Shown here one piece after another: positions 27,051 to 40,047 of a DNA stretch of 64,000 nt. The stretch spans positions 9,610,001 through 9,674,000 of the forward strand of contig JAQFVV010000008.1 in assembly GCA_028023455.1 (NCBI GenBank). The letters run 5' to 3'. A program made the translations under genes and the position numbers. Source of the stretch: Epiperipatus broadwayi (Eukaryota > Animalia > Onychophora). Under the pieces are notes generated by a model. The model searched no databases, was not told the DNA's origin, and was given only the letters and a program-made list of their open reading frames with translations. Numbering within the stretch: position 1 is the stretch's first letter; each line of letters opens with the position of its first letter.

Positions 27051-28609
27051 TTCTGTAATCTCCCTGACTTAATATGCTACAATCACTTTTAAATCTAGTT
27101 TGTTTTTTTAATCAATTCATGGCCACAAATAATGAATTGCATTCCACCAGTTATCTGATACAAACTTGTCATGTAGATATTAATTGTATGATATGTGCTT
27201 TATTAAAAAAAATTATAATTTCATTGAAAATATTATTTCAATTCACATTTTATTTTGGTCAATGTTATATAATTCTTTGTAGGATTATTCTAACACACTT
27301 CATAATGTCATTTTTGTTTCTAAAAACCATGCCATTTTTTCTTTTTATTGCTAAAATAATGTTCCTTTCAATTTTAAGTTATTTTTATATTTGGAAACTT
27401 ATTCTTTTCTATAGAATTCTCTGATATTTAATAAATTACTTTATAAATATATTTATTTATGCAATCATTAAGATTTTTCCAAACATTTTTACAGATTTCT
27501 ACATATTCAATTCTATTAAATGGGCCACTTCAGATTATTTTCAGTTCTTATTAACTGTACACAGAATCTAGTTTAAATAGATAAACTTATGCTTTTTTGC
27601 TCCTGTGTATTTTGTGCCCTTTTAAAATAATAGATATTATTTTTCTATTGATGTCTGTGTCTGAGCAAATGTGTTTTAATAAATTATCTTATTAAACTTG
27701 TTTAGACTGAATTATTATTAAAATCATAATAATTTTTGCAATCTGCAAGTTCAAAATATCAACTAATTTTACAGTTTATTATAATAATTTAGATCTCTCT
27801 AGTTTTGCATTAACATGTATTTGATATCTCATTAATTGATAATTAATTATTTCAATTAGTCAAAATATCACTTCAATACTTTTGTCTTCACTGCATTTTG
27901 GCTTTTTTCTCAAAAAATAAATAAATAAAAGGATTCCTAACTGTGAGTTCTTAATATTTTGCAAATTTTATAAATCTAAATCTATCTTTTCTCATTTCTA
28001 TCTCTATATACAATTTTATCCACAAACTTTAAAGAATTATATGCAAAAATAAAAAAATATCTTAGAGAAATGTCATCTATTTATTTATATATAGATGATA
28101 AGAATAAGTTATATGTTTTAAACTTCAACAATTTAATCATTGACTATGTCAACATACATCAAAATCATACATAAAAGATTACAAAGATCAAAAATATAAA
28201 TGAAAAACAAATTATAATATTTCTTATGATAATAAAAAGATGGATAAGAAAAAACTGATAAATATTCTCAGACCAGTCAAATGCATGCCAAGTCTAAAAA
28301 AGATTTACTCTATAATTAACGTGAATACATTTTCAAAATGAAATAACTATTGGCATGGAGCATTTGAAATACTATACTTGAAATACTTCAACTAAAGTCA
28401 AAGAAATCAACAAACCCATATCAAATATATCATTAACTTAATAAGATAAATCTTTTTTTTAAAAAAAGACAAATCAATTTAATAATAATAATAAAAAAGA
28501 CAAAGCATAAAAATAAAAAGAATCTAGCAACTGAGATGATGAGAAAAAACAAGTTCAGAAAATCAAATATCCATATCCCACATTATAAACAATAACAATA
28601 TAAAATTTA

Positions 28610-30400
28610 CAAACTCTAAAGTAAGAGGGCTAAATTGTAAGTTCATAAATTCATCAAATTTTTAAATACAATTAATTTTGATACAATAGCAATTATTGAA
28701 ACAAAATCCAGTCAAAGCCTCAATACAAATATCTTTAAAGTGTTATCTGGGTATTGATATATAATTTTTTAAAAAATCTGGGTCAATGACAATAGTTAAA
28801 GCATTAAAGGCATATGTAATCATATCTCTAGATAGTGCAAATATTAAAATTGTATAGCATATTATTCATTCCAGAGGAACAGGGGAGGTGGTATTGAAAA
28901 ACTAATCAACTAAATGCAATGCTACCAATTAATAAAACATTTCTCTAAATAATTAAATCATTATTTATTATTTCAGCAAGATATTTCTAAAGGACCTATG
29001 ATTTCAAATAACAGTTCATCAACAATGATAAATGGCATCATTATCTAATTTCTGATTAAACTAAAATCACTAATCTATCAAAGTTTTTCATTGACCATCC
29101 ATCATAAACAAAACAAATTTCAGTATATACATTAGAAAAACATCCTACTTAATTTGCAGATGAATACTGATGATCTGATAAAGATTATTATTACTGACTT
29201 TTAACTTAAAAGTATCATGGAACAGCCAATAAAAAAAAAAAATCAATTTTTTACAATTTACCAATTAAAGCATGCAAGATACTTTATAAAAGAAATCTCA
29301 GAAATAATCAACAAGATTCATTTAATAGTTACCAAAAGTAAAAAAAAAAAAATCATCAAAAATCAATATAATAAATTATATAATATTGTTCAAGATGATA
29401 TGCATGTACTAAAATTCAAAAAATAACTGAATCATCTAATAACTATGAAATGTGCATAGATAAGATTGTATTACCAGAAAAGCATTCACACATAAAAAGA
29501 AAAACATGGTAACATTTTAGCAATTTGGAAACACTTCAAACCCAGATTCATCACAAGCATCTTTGAGATTTCTCTTGAACACACAAATGAATAAATAGAC
29601 ATCCTAAAACTTGCAATATTATTAGGATTTTCAAACAGACCTTACTTATATAAATTCACGAATTATTTGATTGCTAATCATAGTATGTAAATGTACTATT
29701 TATTAACAAGCAAATTTTACGAGAGTGTAAAACCTCAATACTATTAGTACATCTCTGATTCAACTAAAAATTATAACAATTGAGGATATTAATACTAAAA
29801 TATTTGCTAAAATTAAGCTCTTTTTAGTAAATAAGCTGCTGCCTATTCATTATTTTATTGTTTAAAAAAATTAATTATCTAATCTTGGCATACTACAAAA
29901 TAGTAACATGTGAAACAAAATGGCTTATAAGATGTAATTATAATAAAAGTTGATTTCAACAGTGCCTTTGACCATTTTCTAAACAAATATCCAATTTTTT
30001 TCCAGAAAGTTTAGTGATCCTATGTAGACTAATAAATTATATATAAAATCAACAGCAACAAAAAAAATCTCCTGAGGTTCCCCAAAATTTTAGATAACAA
30101 AAGACATTGACCAAGAATTTCTGTTTTCGCCGGCTTTATTCATTATTTACATTGATTCGTTATTATTTTCCTGCCAGCAAAAGATCAGCCTATCCAGACA
30201 AAATAGATCAGACGGCATATAATAATATATTAGTGATGTATAAATATCCTAAAATTTTTATCATGATACCAATTGGAAATCCATTTATTTATAAAAGTTT
30301 AAAATGTTACTGGATGAATCATTAATTCACAATAACAACATATTTTTTTGTTGTTTCCCCAACTACAATATATCTTAATAAGAGTCATGAATTCATTGGT
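28610..30400 (+). pseudogene. Degraded L1/Tx1-like LINE ORF2 (APE endonuclease to RT)
   Basis: KVRGLN and FDTIAIIETK (APE start, about 28615-28710), EDINTKIFAKI, IIKVDFNSAFDH and KDIDQEFLFSPALFIIYIDSLL (RT blocks) occur in the expected order with many stops and frameshifts. Confidence 0.6.
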
Positions 30401-32899
30401 GTAATTTGTAAATTATGTGGATCAGGTAAATGTACATTTTTATACACTATTTTTTAAAACCTTGAGATCAAATTTAATCCTTTCTAATAACTTTTTGAAC
30501 AAGCATTTTTATGAGTGGCAAAAGGATACTAAGAGCTGCTTTATTAATATTAAAATTTATATGGCTATAGAGACAGATGGCAATTTTCCAAAATAAACAG
30601 TCATACAGATTAATAATTCCATGAATAATTATGAAAGCAATATTATACAGGCTTATCAGACCCCCTTCCCCCAAGATTTATAATGTGGCTTCAGGGATTG
30701 TTTAACTCATGGTTTTCATTATATCCTAATCGAGATTTGTAATCACAAATGCACAATCCGAGAAAAATAATGTCTTTAATTTACTAAATGAAACATGTTG
30801 AATTTTGGTGTGAACTTTGCAGCAAATTGCTTTCACTTGTTACATATAAATTTATTAAATATATTAAAAAAAACTCAATTTAAAAATAAAAATATCCAAT
30901 TTCTTCAACAGAATGAAAACTTGTTATCCCATAAACGTCAATTATCTGCATTTTGTTTCTTTCAGTGAATTAATTAAAAATTTATGCTATTCTATCTGAT
31001 AATCATCAATTTTCACACACAATGTTGGGTTTTCATATTTTATTTATAATGAATCTACTCCATCACCACTATCCTTATAGCTTTGCCATTGTTATAAAGT
31101 AGAAATTTACATTTTTTCCCTTAGAAAACCAATTCAAATTAAAAAAAAAGAATGACATTTTTGAACTTCAAAACTAAGAATACAAATTTACAACTGCAAT
31201 TCAATGCAAAAATGCAATACTGTAATATTATTTTAACATAACCATATTAATGAGATGATTATACTGACTACTGAGTTCAAACCATCTAATACATGATCAA
31301 TATTCATTCACAAGTTTTGAACTAAATATTGATGATATAATTAAATTTTATATGGACAAAAAATTCTGGTCCCCAATCTGAAATGATTATACTCATTTCA
31401 AATTTGAAACCATCAAATAAACTCTTTCATTTGAAAAGTAAGTAAAAAGATATAAGTCTTAGAACATGTCTTTGAGAAATTATACTGCATTCAGATTTTA
31501 AACTGAATAAAAATGTAATACTTTTTAATACATATATTACTGCAAATAGCCTCCTAAAACAATTTAAATAAAATGATTGGATCAAAAATAACTGTCCAAA
31601 TAATGTAATTTTAGTCCATTATATCTATTCTTAATTACTATGAAATATATTTTCAAAGTCATTTGAATAGTTTATTCAAGCAAATCTCAAAAGATTGCTA
31701 ACTCTAATAACTGGAAAAAGTAGAACAACAATTCAAAATGTGTAGTATAGACTTGTTTTCTTTTAATATTTAAAAATATTTTTTATCAATCAATCATCTT
31801 AGCATTTATTTGTAATACAATTATCATTCATATAAACACTTTATTTGATTTTCAAAAATTATATTAAAAAGCATTTCTTCTCTCTCTCTCTCTCTGCTCC
31901 AACATCTACTGTATTAGTGGTTATTAGATGGTAATAAAATTAAGGATTTTTTTTTAATATCAAGGTAAAAATTTGATAATAAAAAAGAGAGTTAAACAAA
32001 TTCCAGATGCACAAACTGCATTGGTTCCAACTTTGAATCCTAAGTCCTCATTGATAAAGATATGTCAGAAATCAGTTTGGATATGGGAATTAAATTGTGT
32101 GACCATCTGATAAACACCAATAACTCAAGATTATAATATACAATGTTGGAATAAATAGAAATAATTGTCATTCAAATATACTTGTCCTATGATGTATAAC
32201 AGCCTAAGTACATATTTATATGTAATTCATTCTAAATATGTTTAATGCTTATAATTATATTTGAATGTCAAAAAAGATACAAGTCTATGCAATCCACAAA
32301 AATTTAGCAATCATACTTAAATAATTCAAACAGCCTAGTATTTTAGATAAAAGATGTAAACTAGTGAATAACAAGATTGACAGGCTTCCACTGTTTCATT
32401 TATTTTCTGAATATTAGATAACATCACATTAATTTATTCTTAAATAATTTTTTAATAATGAGGAGAAAATGAATTTTCAAAAGAACACCCTCCCCCAAAA
32501 AGAGTAAATAAGATATTATATTGGTCGGTTCGCATGACAACCCAACTTGATTTAGAATCTGAGCACAAGTACCTAGAGTCCAATCATGCACAAGATACAC
32601 ATGCCAGGAACACTCATGAACTCTGCCCTGCATGCCCAGCTTTTAGATTCAATTACTTATGAGCAGCAACTCCGATGATACTAGCTTATTTAATTTATTT
32701 CGGGCCAACATCACAAAACGAAGAAACAAAGAGACTCAAGGGAAAATCATAGCAAGTGTGTTTATACATACAGTAAAGACAAATATATATTTTTAACATT
32801 AGCAGGATCCTATAACTTTCCACATCATGACATTAATAATTTAATAACTATATCTTAAAATTAACTAAATCAATTAAATAAATAACTTGCAATGATCAT

Positions 32900-35400
32900 A
32901 TATGCTTTGTTTTATGTTATATTTAATCATAAACATAAATAGAAAATTAGAAATGTATACATTTAATTATATTAGGTAATTACCTCAGATTACAAGTAAG
33001 TCGTGTTGTGCTTATTCTGCACTTTAACATGGTTATTTACATATAAGTATATATATTATTACTTTTGATGCGGTGTTATATTTCAATAATTAATCTACCG
33101 CGATTATGTAGTACGCAATTATAATAATTCGCCCAAATTACAAGAGAGAAACCCAACCTCGACTGATTTCAGGATGATTTACATATCATAAGTTTATTGT
33201 CTATGTAAAATATACACAATAAAGATTTATTTACTTTATTTGAATGAGTAAAGTATGTGGGAGCATTTCTGTAAATAACTATCTCTCGAGTCGTTAAGCG
33301 ACACATCAAAAGAAAATTAATCTATGAACTATGTTTAGCTACACCACAACATCACATCTATAGATATTTATAGACTTAAAATTTCAAACGAGGAATATGA
33401 TAAATTAAGTATCGGGTGCTAGCATAGAGAATAAGATTTTCAGATCTGTTTCTTGGAAGTAGAATGCTTTATCATTTGAAGTAAAATATAAGCCAACTTA
33501 CCACACCCACATTTTCGTAAAATCAGCTTTTAGGAGTTGAGGGTCCCGGACGGAGTTGCTATGGGCCGAACTTTGCTGAAATTATCCCATGGAGAATTCT
33601 CGTTGCGCGAGTAGATGGTCCAGGATCATGCATCACCCTGATTATGACCTAAATGAAGATGAGATGGCATGGACTTTCCGACGCACATCTCTTGATAAAG
33701 CTTGATTATGAAGAATAAGAGCCTATGCTAGCAATGCTTGGGATAGACTAATAACTTAGTCAAGATATATATAATTAAGCTTATTACCTATAACAATAAT
33801 ATCAAATGTGATGGTATGATCGGATTATCAAACACAGATTAAAAGGCATTATCATAGAATTATAATCAAACTTAACATAAACCAATTTCTACCCCCCTTT
33901 CATTTCATTCTTCAATAAAACACATATGTCTAACATATACATTTTATAGCCTAAGGTGTGCTCTAATTAATTAAAAATACATATATGGTTGAATGGGCGA
34001 GGATCAAGAAACATAAAGGAAATATATATAATTAATATATTTGTTTTAGAATTAATATTGCGCTAGTAAATAGTTATAAATAGATAAACATTTGTATAAC
34101 TCGTAAACTAATCAAAGGTGGAACTTTATTCCCCCCCCCTCTGTTGTTTACGCAAAAATATATAATGAATAAAAAACACATTTGAAAATCTCCCAACCTA
34201 GCAAATATCTGTAGTTTTTAAAGTAAAACAAAATAATTAATGAATTGGTGCTCCCCTTTAATAGGGAGAAGCTAAGATAAAATAAATATACTTGTGAAAG
34301 CGGAAGTTTATTGACATATCATATAGGATGTTAAAATATATATATCAGACATAGAATATTAAGAAAATAGTTGCCATATCAAAATAAATTTCAATTAAAT
34401 TATGAGGCTAATCTAAAGTATTTATAAAGTGATATAGAAAGTCACTTACATTAAAAGATTACATATTATTTAATGATTTATAAACTTAATGAGAAAACAA
34501 CAGATTACAGAATTTATAAGATGTTAAATTCTTAAATATTTAAGAATTACTAAAGAGAAAATTAAAGAGTCTATGAGGGCGGCATTTCAACGGTTTTACC
34601 TTCATTCTTGATGATTTCTGACAAGTTGTGAAGTCCATATTTTACCATAGTTAATTTGAGCACGGATGTCCTTCCGATCATTTTGGAAGGAGGGGTAGCA
34701 GATTTCCAGCTCAGTCTTTAAGGTATAGTATCATATTGCATAATGTTTAGCGGTAGAGCGGCATGTTGGTGGGAGCTGGTTCAGGAATGGTTGGGAAAAG
34801 GTGCATCTTTCCCTACTACTCAGTGGTTGTCATATTGAAATTTTGAGTGACGTGGATTCATTTGGCTGATGCCTCACAAATTTAGATACTCTCCTTACAT
34901 GACTAAAATCGGGCCCTATTTATATGATTCCTGATTATCTAAGGAACGTTTTCTCATTCCATTACTTGAGGCTATAAAAAATGCTGCTATAAAAGTTTTT
35001 AGATGAGGAATTCACCTTTTGTTTTGAAGGTAGTACAAAACAATGCAATCGGGTTGGTAAGTTTCTAAAATGATTGTTCCAAATCTATTTCTTGCTTAGA
35101 AGTAGATTTTACAAAATGATAAATTTTCGTAAAGGAAATTGATTTGATTTAAATAAGATTTATAATGAATTTAGTATTTTGATAATGCTAATGGATTTTT
35201 TTAATTAATATTTGGAATGCTTCTAGAAGCTTCCAAGTTGATTGCATCATCCTGTGATCGCTATTAAATAAATTAAAATATACATATTTTAAGCTAAATT
35301 TGAAATATAATTTTAAATATATACGATAATATAACATATATGAATTCACAATCCCCCATCATATATTATATATACATGTCCTTTACGCATATATCTGATT
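32900..35400. mobile_element. Unclassified LTR-like, CpG-retaining repeat block
   Basis: Higher CG content than the flanks, AATAAA end-like segments on both strands and broken reading frames at 33420-33720 and 34560-35260 with no motif I recognise. Confidence 0.25.
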
Positions 35401-35539
35401 TTTAAATTATACGAATATTAGTTATTATTTATCTATTCATTTAAAAGATCATTAAATATCTGTCAGGGCTATTTTGAAAAGAAAATAAAACAAAGTAGAT
35501 TATATAAGAACATATATTAGTGCAAAAACAGAATTTGAA

Positions 35540-36470
35540 CTTGGTTTGTGTTTCAGTAATATACTTTATTGTACAAAAAATAGATTACATGAATTTGTTA
35601 TTTACCAAAAATTACATTGTTGAGAATACATGATTTAAAACTATATAGCTTTGAAACAAACAGAAAAAAATTGTTAAAAAAGGGATATGTAAAACAACAA
35701 CAACAACAAAAAAATAATTGTTTTTGTTACAGAAAAGTCATAACTTGTTTTTTGAGGTTATGGTTTGTCTCAGGTTTTTAATAGTGACCATGTAGCAGCA
35801 AATATATCTGGGTGTGCAATTTTGCCATCTCTGGCCTTCAGTTGTTCGAGCTTATTAAAGAATGTGGCTGGGTGCTTTGTGGTAGTGTCTCCAAGGCAGA
35901 AAGTACATCTGGTGCACCAGAAACTGTAGAAACAAGTTGCTGCACGGGCTGCTGGTATTGAGCCTTTATTGAGTGTCTCTATTAGGTTATCAAGTGTGAA
36001 GTTATTTTGTCTATATGTGTTAATCATAATTTTGCAAGTATTTGTTAGAGCTGTGCAGGTGTGAAATAGGTGCTGCTGTGTTTCTTCTTCCCTGTGGCAC
36101 AAGGAACAAAAAGCATCAATTTTGTTGTAAAACCTGCGGTATTTAAGGAAATAGAGGGTAGGTAAGCATGAAGATTTACCTTTAAAAGAAAGTCAAAAAA
36201 TTTGGGTTCCAATGACCATTTTTTAAATCGCTGCATCAAACGACTATTGTTCATAATTAACATAGGTGAGTGAGGATCTGTAGTTATGTCTGGGTACAGC
36301 ATATTATAAATAGTCCAATAGCTGTATCTACCAACACCCAAAAAAGATACCTGATCATAAATGCTTTGAAGTTGATTTACGAGCAAAGACAAATATCCGT
36401 GTGAAGGTGGTGGTCGGTCTGTGGGTGTTATTTGAAGGATGCATAATTAGCAATATATCTTGCAACATAA
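35540..36470 (-). pseudogene. 3' end of an L1/Tx1-type LINE ORF2 (zf-RVT zinc-binding region) plus 3' UTR
   Basis: Overlapping ORFs 36045..36392 and 35770..36102 join by one frameshift to give KFFDFLLKVNLHAYLP...FCSLCHREEETQQHLFHTC, the CxxC..ET..HLF..C motif. AATAAA lies downstream at about 35565. Confidence 0.75.
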
Positions 36471-37233
36471 CTTCGAATTACATTTTTTAAAACAACACTT
36501 CAAAAGCATTATCTACTAGACATGCTCATTTTTCTTATTTTCAACATGCTGAAATTAAAATTTATATTAATAATAAATACTATTTTAGTTAAAAAATTAT
36601 TAAACATTAATATGCACTATATACCTTTAAATACCTATTTAATCTGATTTAAAGAAGAAAAACACTTAAATGCTAAAACTTATTTACAATTGATGATAAT
36701 TTTATTTATAACTTCTTATTTTCATTTATAATTCAAAATGGCCACCGAGCACGTACTATATCAGCACCCAAAATTTATAATACTTCTATATTTTACAATT
36801 ATTTATTTTTTTCCTGTGTTAATATGTGTAAAATTTATATCATAAAGAAAAGACCAGATAAAATCTTCTTACAAGTTATAATTTGGGTACTATAGCTTTA
36901 AATCATTTTTATTGAAAGAATCAATGCAATTAATTTTTTGAATGAATTTTTCAAATCCATTGTCCTTTTCTAAATGTGATACAATCAAACCAAAAAAAAA
37001 TCACAGGAAGAATTTAATTGCTGTTGGATTTCCTTATTCAAAACAAGTTCATTGTTCAATTCCTTAATTTTTTCAGTGCTTAATTCTCAAAGGAATATTT
37101 ATGGAGTGTAGAAATAATTATTTAAAATTAAAATAATTTAAGAGAATCATAATTTATTTGACAACTACAAATTGGATTTCATATGACAGTAATGAATTTA
37201 ATATTTAAAAATTAAGGTAAATAATGTCAATTT

Positions 37234-38728
37234 GGGTAATTACATATTAGATATGCTAAGACATTTCACATATGTATCAGTGTGCCAATAACTTTCTAAC
37301 TTTGTATCTTGTCAAAAAAATGTGAACATAGTAACTTCTGGCAAATTTAATGATAAATTTTTAAAAACGAACTCGGTGTATAAATTATGTTATTTTGACA
37401 TTTTCGCAAGGTTAAAAAGTTATTGGCAGACTTATACACATGTGGAATGTCACAGCAGCTCTAATCCATAACATTAACCCCCCAGACTAATATGTAAACC
37501 TAAAAAAGAAAATTGTATACAAAAATAATAAACACATTATGATACTAAATAAAAGCAGGTAGTTGTGAATTTTTAATATGTCATTTTGCTATTGCAAACA
37601 CCCTTCCTCCTCTCCACTGGAGAAAGGTACAGCATTCTTCCATCACAAACACAGGCAGCAATTCCCAAATTTTATTTAAAAATTGAAAAATACTATGTAC
37701 AATAACTCTGGCAAGAAATTACAAAATGGACACTTAAGCAAAATTAACAAAAAAAGTACTATGTAAGCAAAAAAAAAAACAAACTACATCTATTCATTCG
37801 CTTAAAATCAAACAATTTTTACCAGATATATATATATAACAAGAATTCTCACAATGAAACAATTGTGTGTCTCTCTGCAAATTGCCAAATTTTAATCATG
37901 ATACTTACAATATATTAATTATAAAATGTGGAGATAAAAAAAACATCTGTAACAGGAATTACAAAATGGAGAGAAATCACATGTGTTAATGCAATATAAC
38001 ACCTGCATGGAATCTTGATCAAGAAATGTGTCCAACTAAATTTATTTTGTTAAAAAAAAAATTAGTAAACTTTTATCAAAATGGAATCACTATGATGAAC
38101 AGATTTTTTTGATAGTGCCTAGAATGCAAAGGAAAGTGTCATCTTCTTTGTGAAATCTCTGCCACTTAAATTCTGCCAAATATGAATCAAGGTGCTGGCA
38201 TACTGTTCTCTTAAATATTGTTTATTATGCCCTTTTACGTGCTCCAAGGGTGAACACTGTTTTCTGGACGGACAACATGAAAGTGTTTATATCCAACAAA
38301 TTGTAGTTCCTGTTTTATATGCTTTCCAGCAATCTGAATAAATTGTTGAGCTCTCTTCCATATTTTGTTCAATTGCTTTCACCAGAGTTGCTGCTGTTCT
38401 GTACTTAATTACCACAATGAAACAGTAATCGGTTTCCCTGTAAAAGCCCCTAAACATCCACTGTTCTAGAAGATATTTGCCTGGCTCAATTTTTTTGTTT
38501 GCCGAAAAGACTGTCATCTATTTCAATGACTTTGTTAGGGCCTCCAATTTTACGTTTATATATGTATAATTATACATTTATATATGTGTATAATAAGCAG
38601 ATAATGATTAAAATTTTGAAATTATAAATTTGTCACTTAAGTTTAACAGAAGTTCCCATGTACATGTTATTCAGTGAAATCGCAAGGTTAGAAAGTTAGC
38701 GGCAGAACGGCAGATGTAAAATTTACTC
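37234..38728 (-). mobile_element. Merlin-family DNA transposon with partial transposase pseudogene (38090-38550)
   Basis: IGGPNKVIEIDDSLFGKQK, EQWMFRGFYRETDYCFIVVI, STIYSDCWKAYK and HLDSYLAEFKWQRF are ISXO2/Merlin motifs. 37234-37350 is an inverted copy of 38625-38728. Confidence 0.8.
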
Positions 38729-39373
38729 ATTGCATAAATAACAAAAAAAAAAAAAAACACATAAAATTTCCAGATATTTTAATATGGGTATAAAACTTTC
38801 ATTTTAATAAATACTTAAAGAACTATCAGTGATATGTTTGAACCCATGTAGTGTAAAATTCTGAAAATATCCCCTTTCTCGTGCTTTCCCCTACCTTTTT
38901 TTTTTTTTGTGTAAAAAAAAAGATAAGCTTATAATCTCTGCCACAAATTCTACTTTTTTTAAAAAAATTTAAAATAATTATTAAATTTTTTTTTACAATG
39001 CAATATAATTTTAGAACAGTATAATAAAATAAAACAAATTGCATATGTTTTAAAATGTTATTTTACAGTATGTGAAAACTATAGCTTATTAGTGTAAAAC
39101 TTTTCCAGCATTTGAAAAATAAATTATTAATATAAATGAATCAAACATATTAAGAGGTATCCATTTTCTTTGCCCAAAATAGGAGGCTTCTTTATACCAA
39201 ATAATCAGTAGCAATTCACACATGGTAAACATAATAAGCATCAAAACTAACAAAACAGTAAATATGTGAATAAAATGAGTATAATATTAAAATAATATGA
39301 ATAATAAATATGTACAATTTTATACTTAAATATGTATAATATTTATTGCCAACAATAAATAAATTAATTGAAT

Positions 39374-39488
39374 GGATTTATTACTCAGGAGTTCATAAAA
39401 AATTCAAACACTGGACTTGAATAAAATTGAAATCGTTCCAAGGCCTTAAGCACATCAGACTAACACTCTACCTTTGCACTAAAGAACA
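39374..39488 (-). repeat. tRNA-derived SINE-like repeat
   Basis: Head tagtgcaaaggtagagtg, degenerate B-box and tail tgaattttttatgaactcctgagtaataaa. Confidence 0.5.
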
Positions 39489-39607
39489 CAAAGCTATACT
39501 AATGATAATCAACAAGAGTTATAATTTAAGAATTCATACATTATTGCATACTAACATTTAGGCAACAATTAAAAAATTACTATACATAATGACATACATG
39601 TTGTCCT

Positions 39608-39706
39608 GCAAGATTGTGTAATTGGTAGAACATTCAACTTAGGATTGGGAGGTCCCAGGATCAATTCTGGCTCTTGAATTTATTATGAACTCCTGAACAA
39701 TAAAGC
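39608..39706 (+). repeat. tRNA-derived SINE-like repeat
   Basis: A-box-like ttgtgtaattggtagaac, B-box-like ggatcaattc and tail tgaatttattatgaactcctgaacaataaa shared with the 39374 copy. Confidence 0.55.
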
Positions 39707-40047
39707 CATAAGCCTTCTTCATATACATGCTCATTTTATTAATCCTTGTATCACAACGCTACATTCAGAAAATCGTTATATTTTTTGTAAGAAATATTAA
39801 AAAGAGACTGAATTTTTCTTCCTTAAAATTTTAATGCTCATGTTGGTAGGGTCAATAAACTAGGGTCCAAAATTAATGAAATAATGATATTGGTTTTATG
39901 AGCAGGAATAATCCATTATTAAAATTTTGTATAACATTTTGATCAGATAACAATGTATATCTTGTTTAGACAGAAAATCATGTTAAAACAATTAACAACT
40001 TCTCATTTTCAAACAGCTTCATATAAATTATACATTTAGAAAATAGA

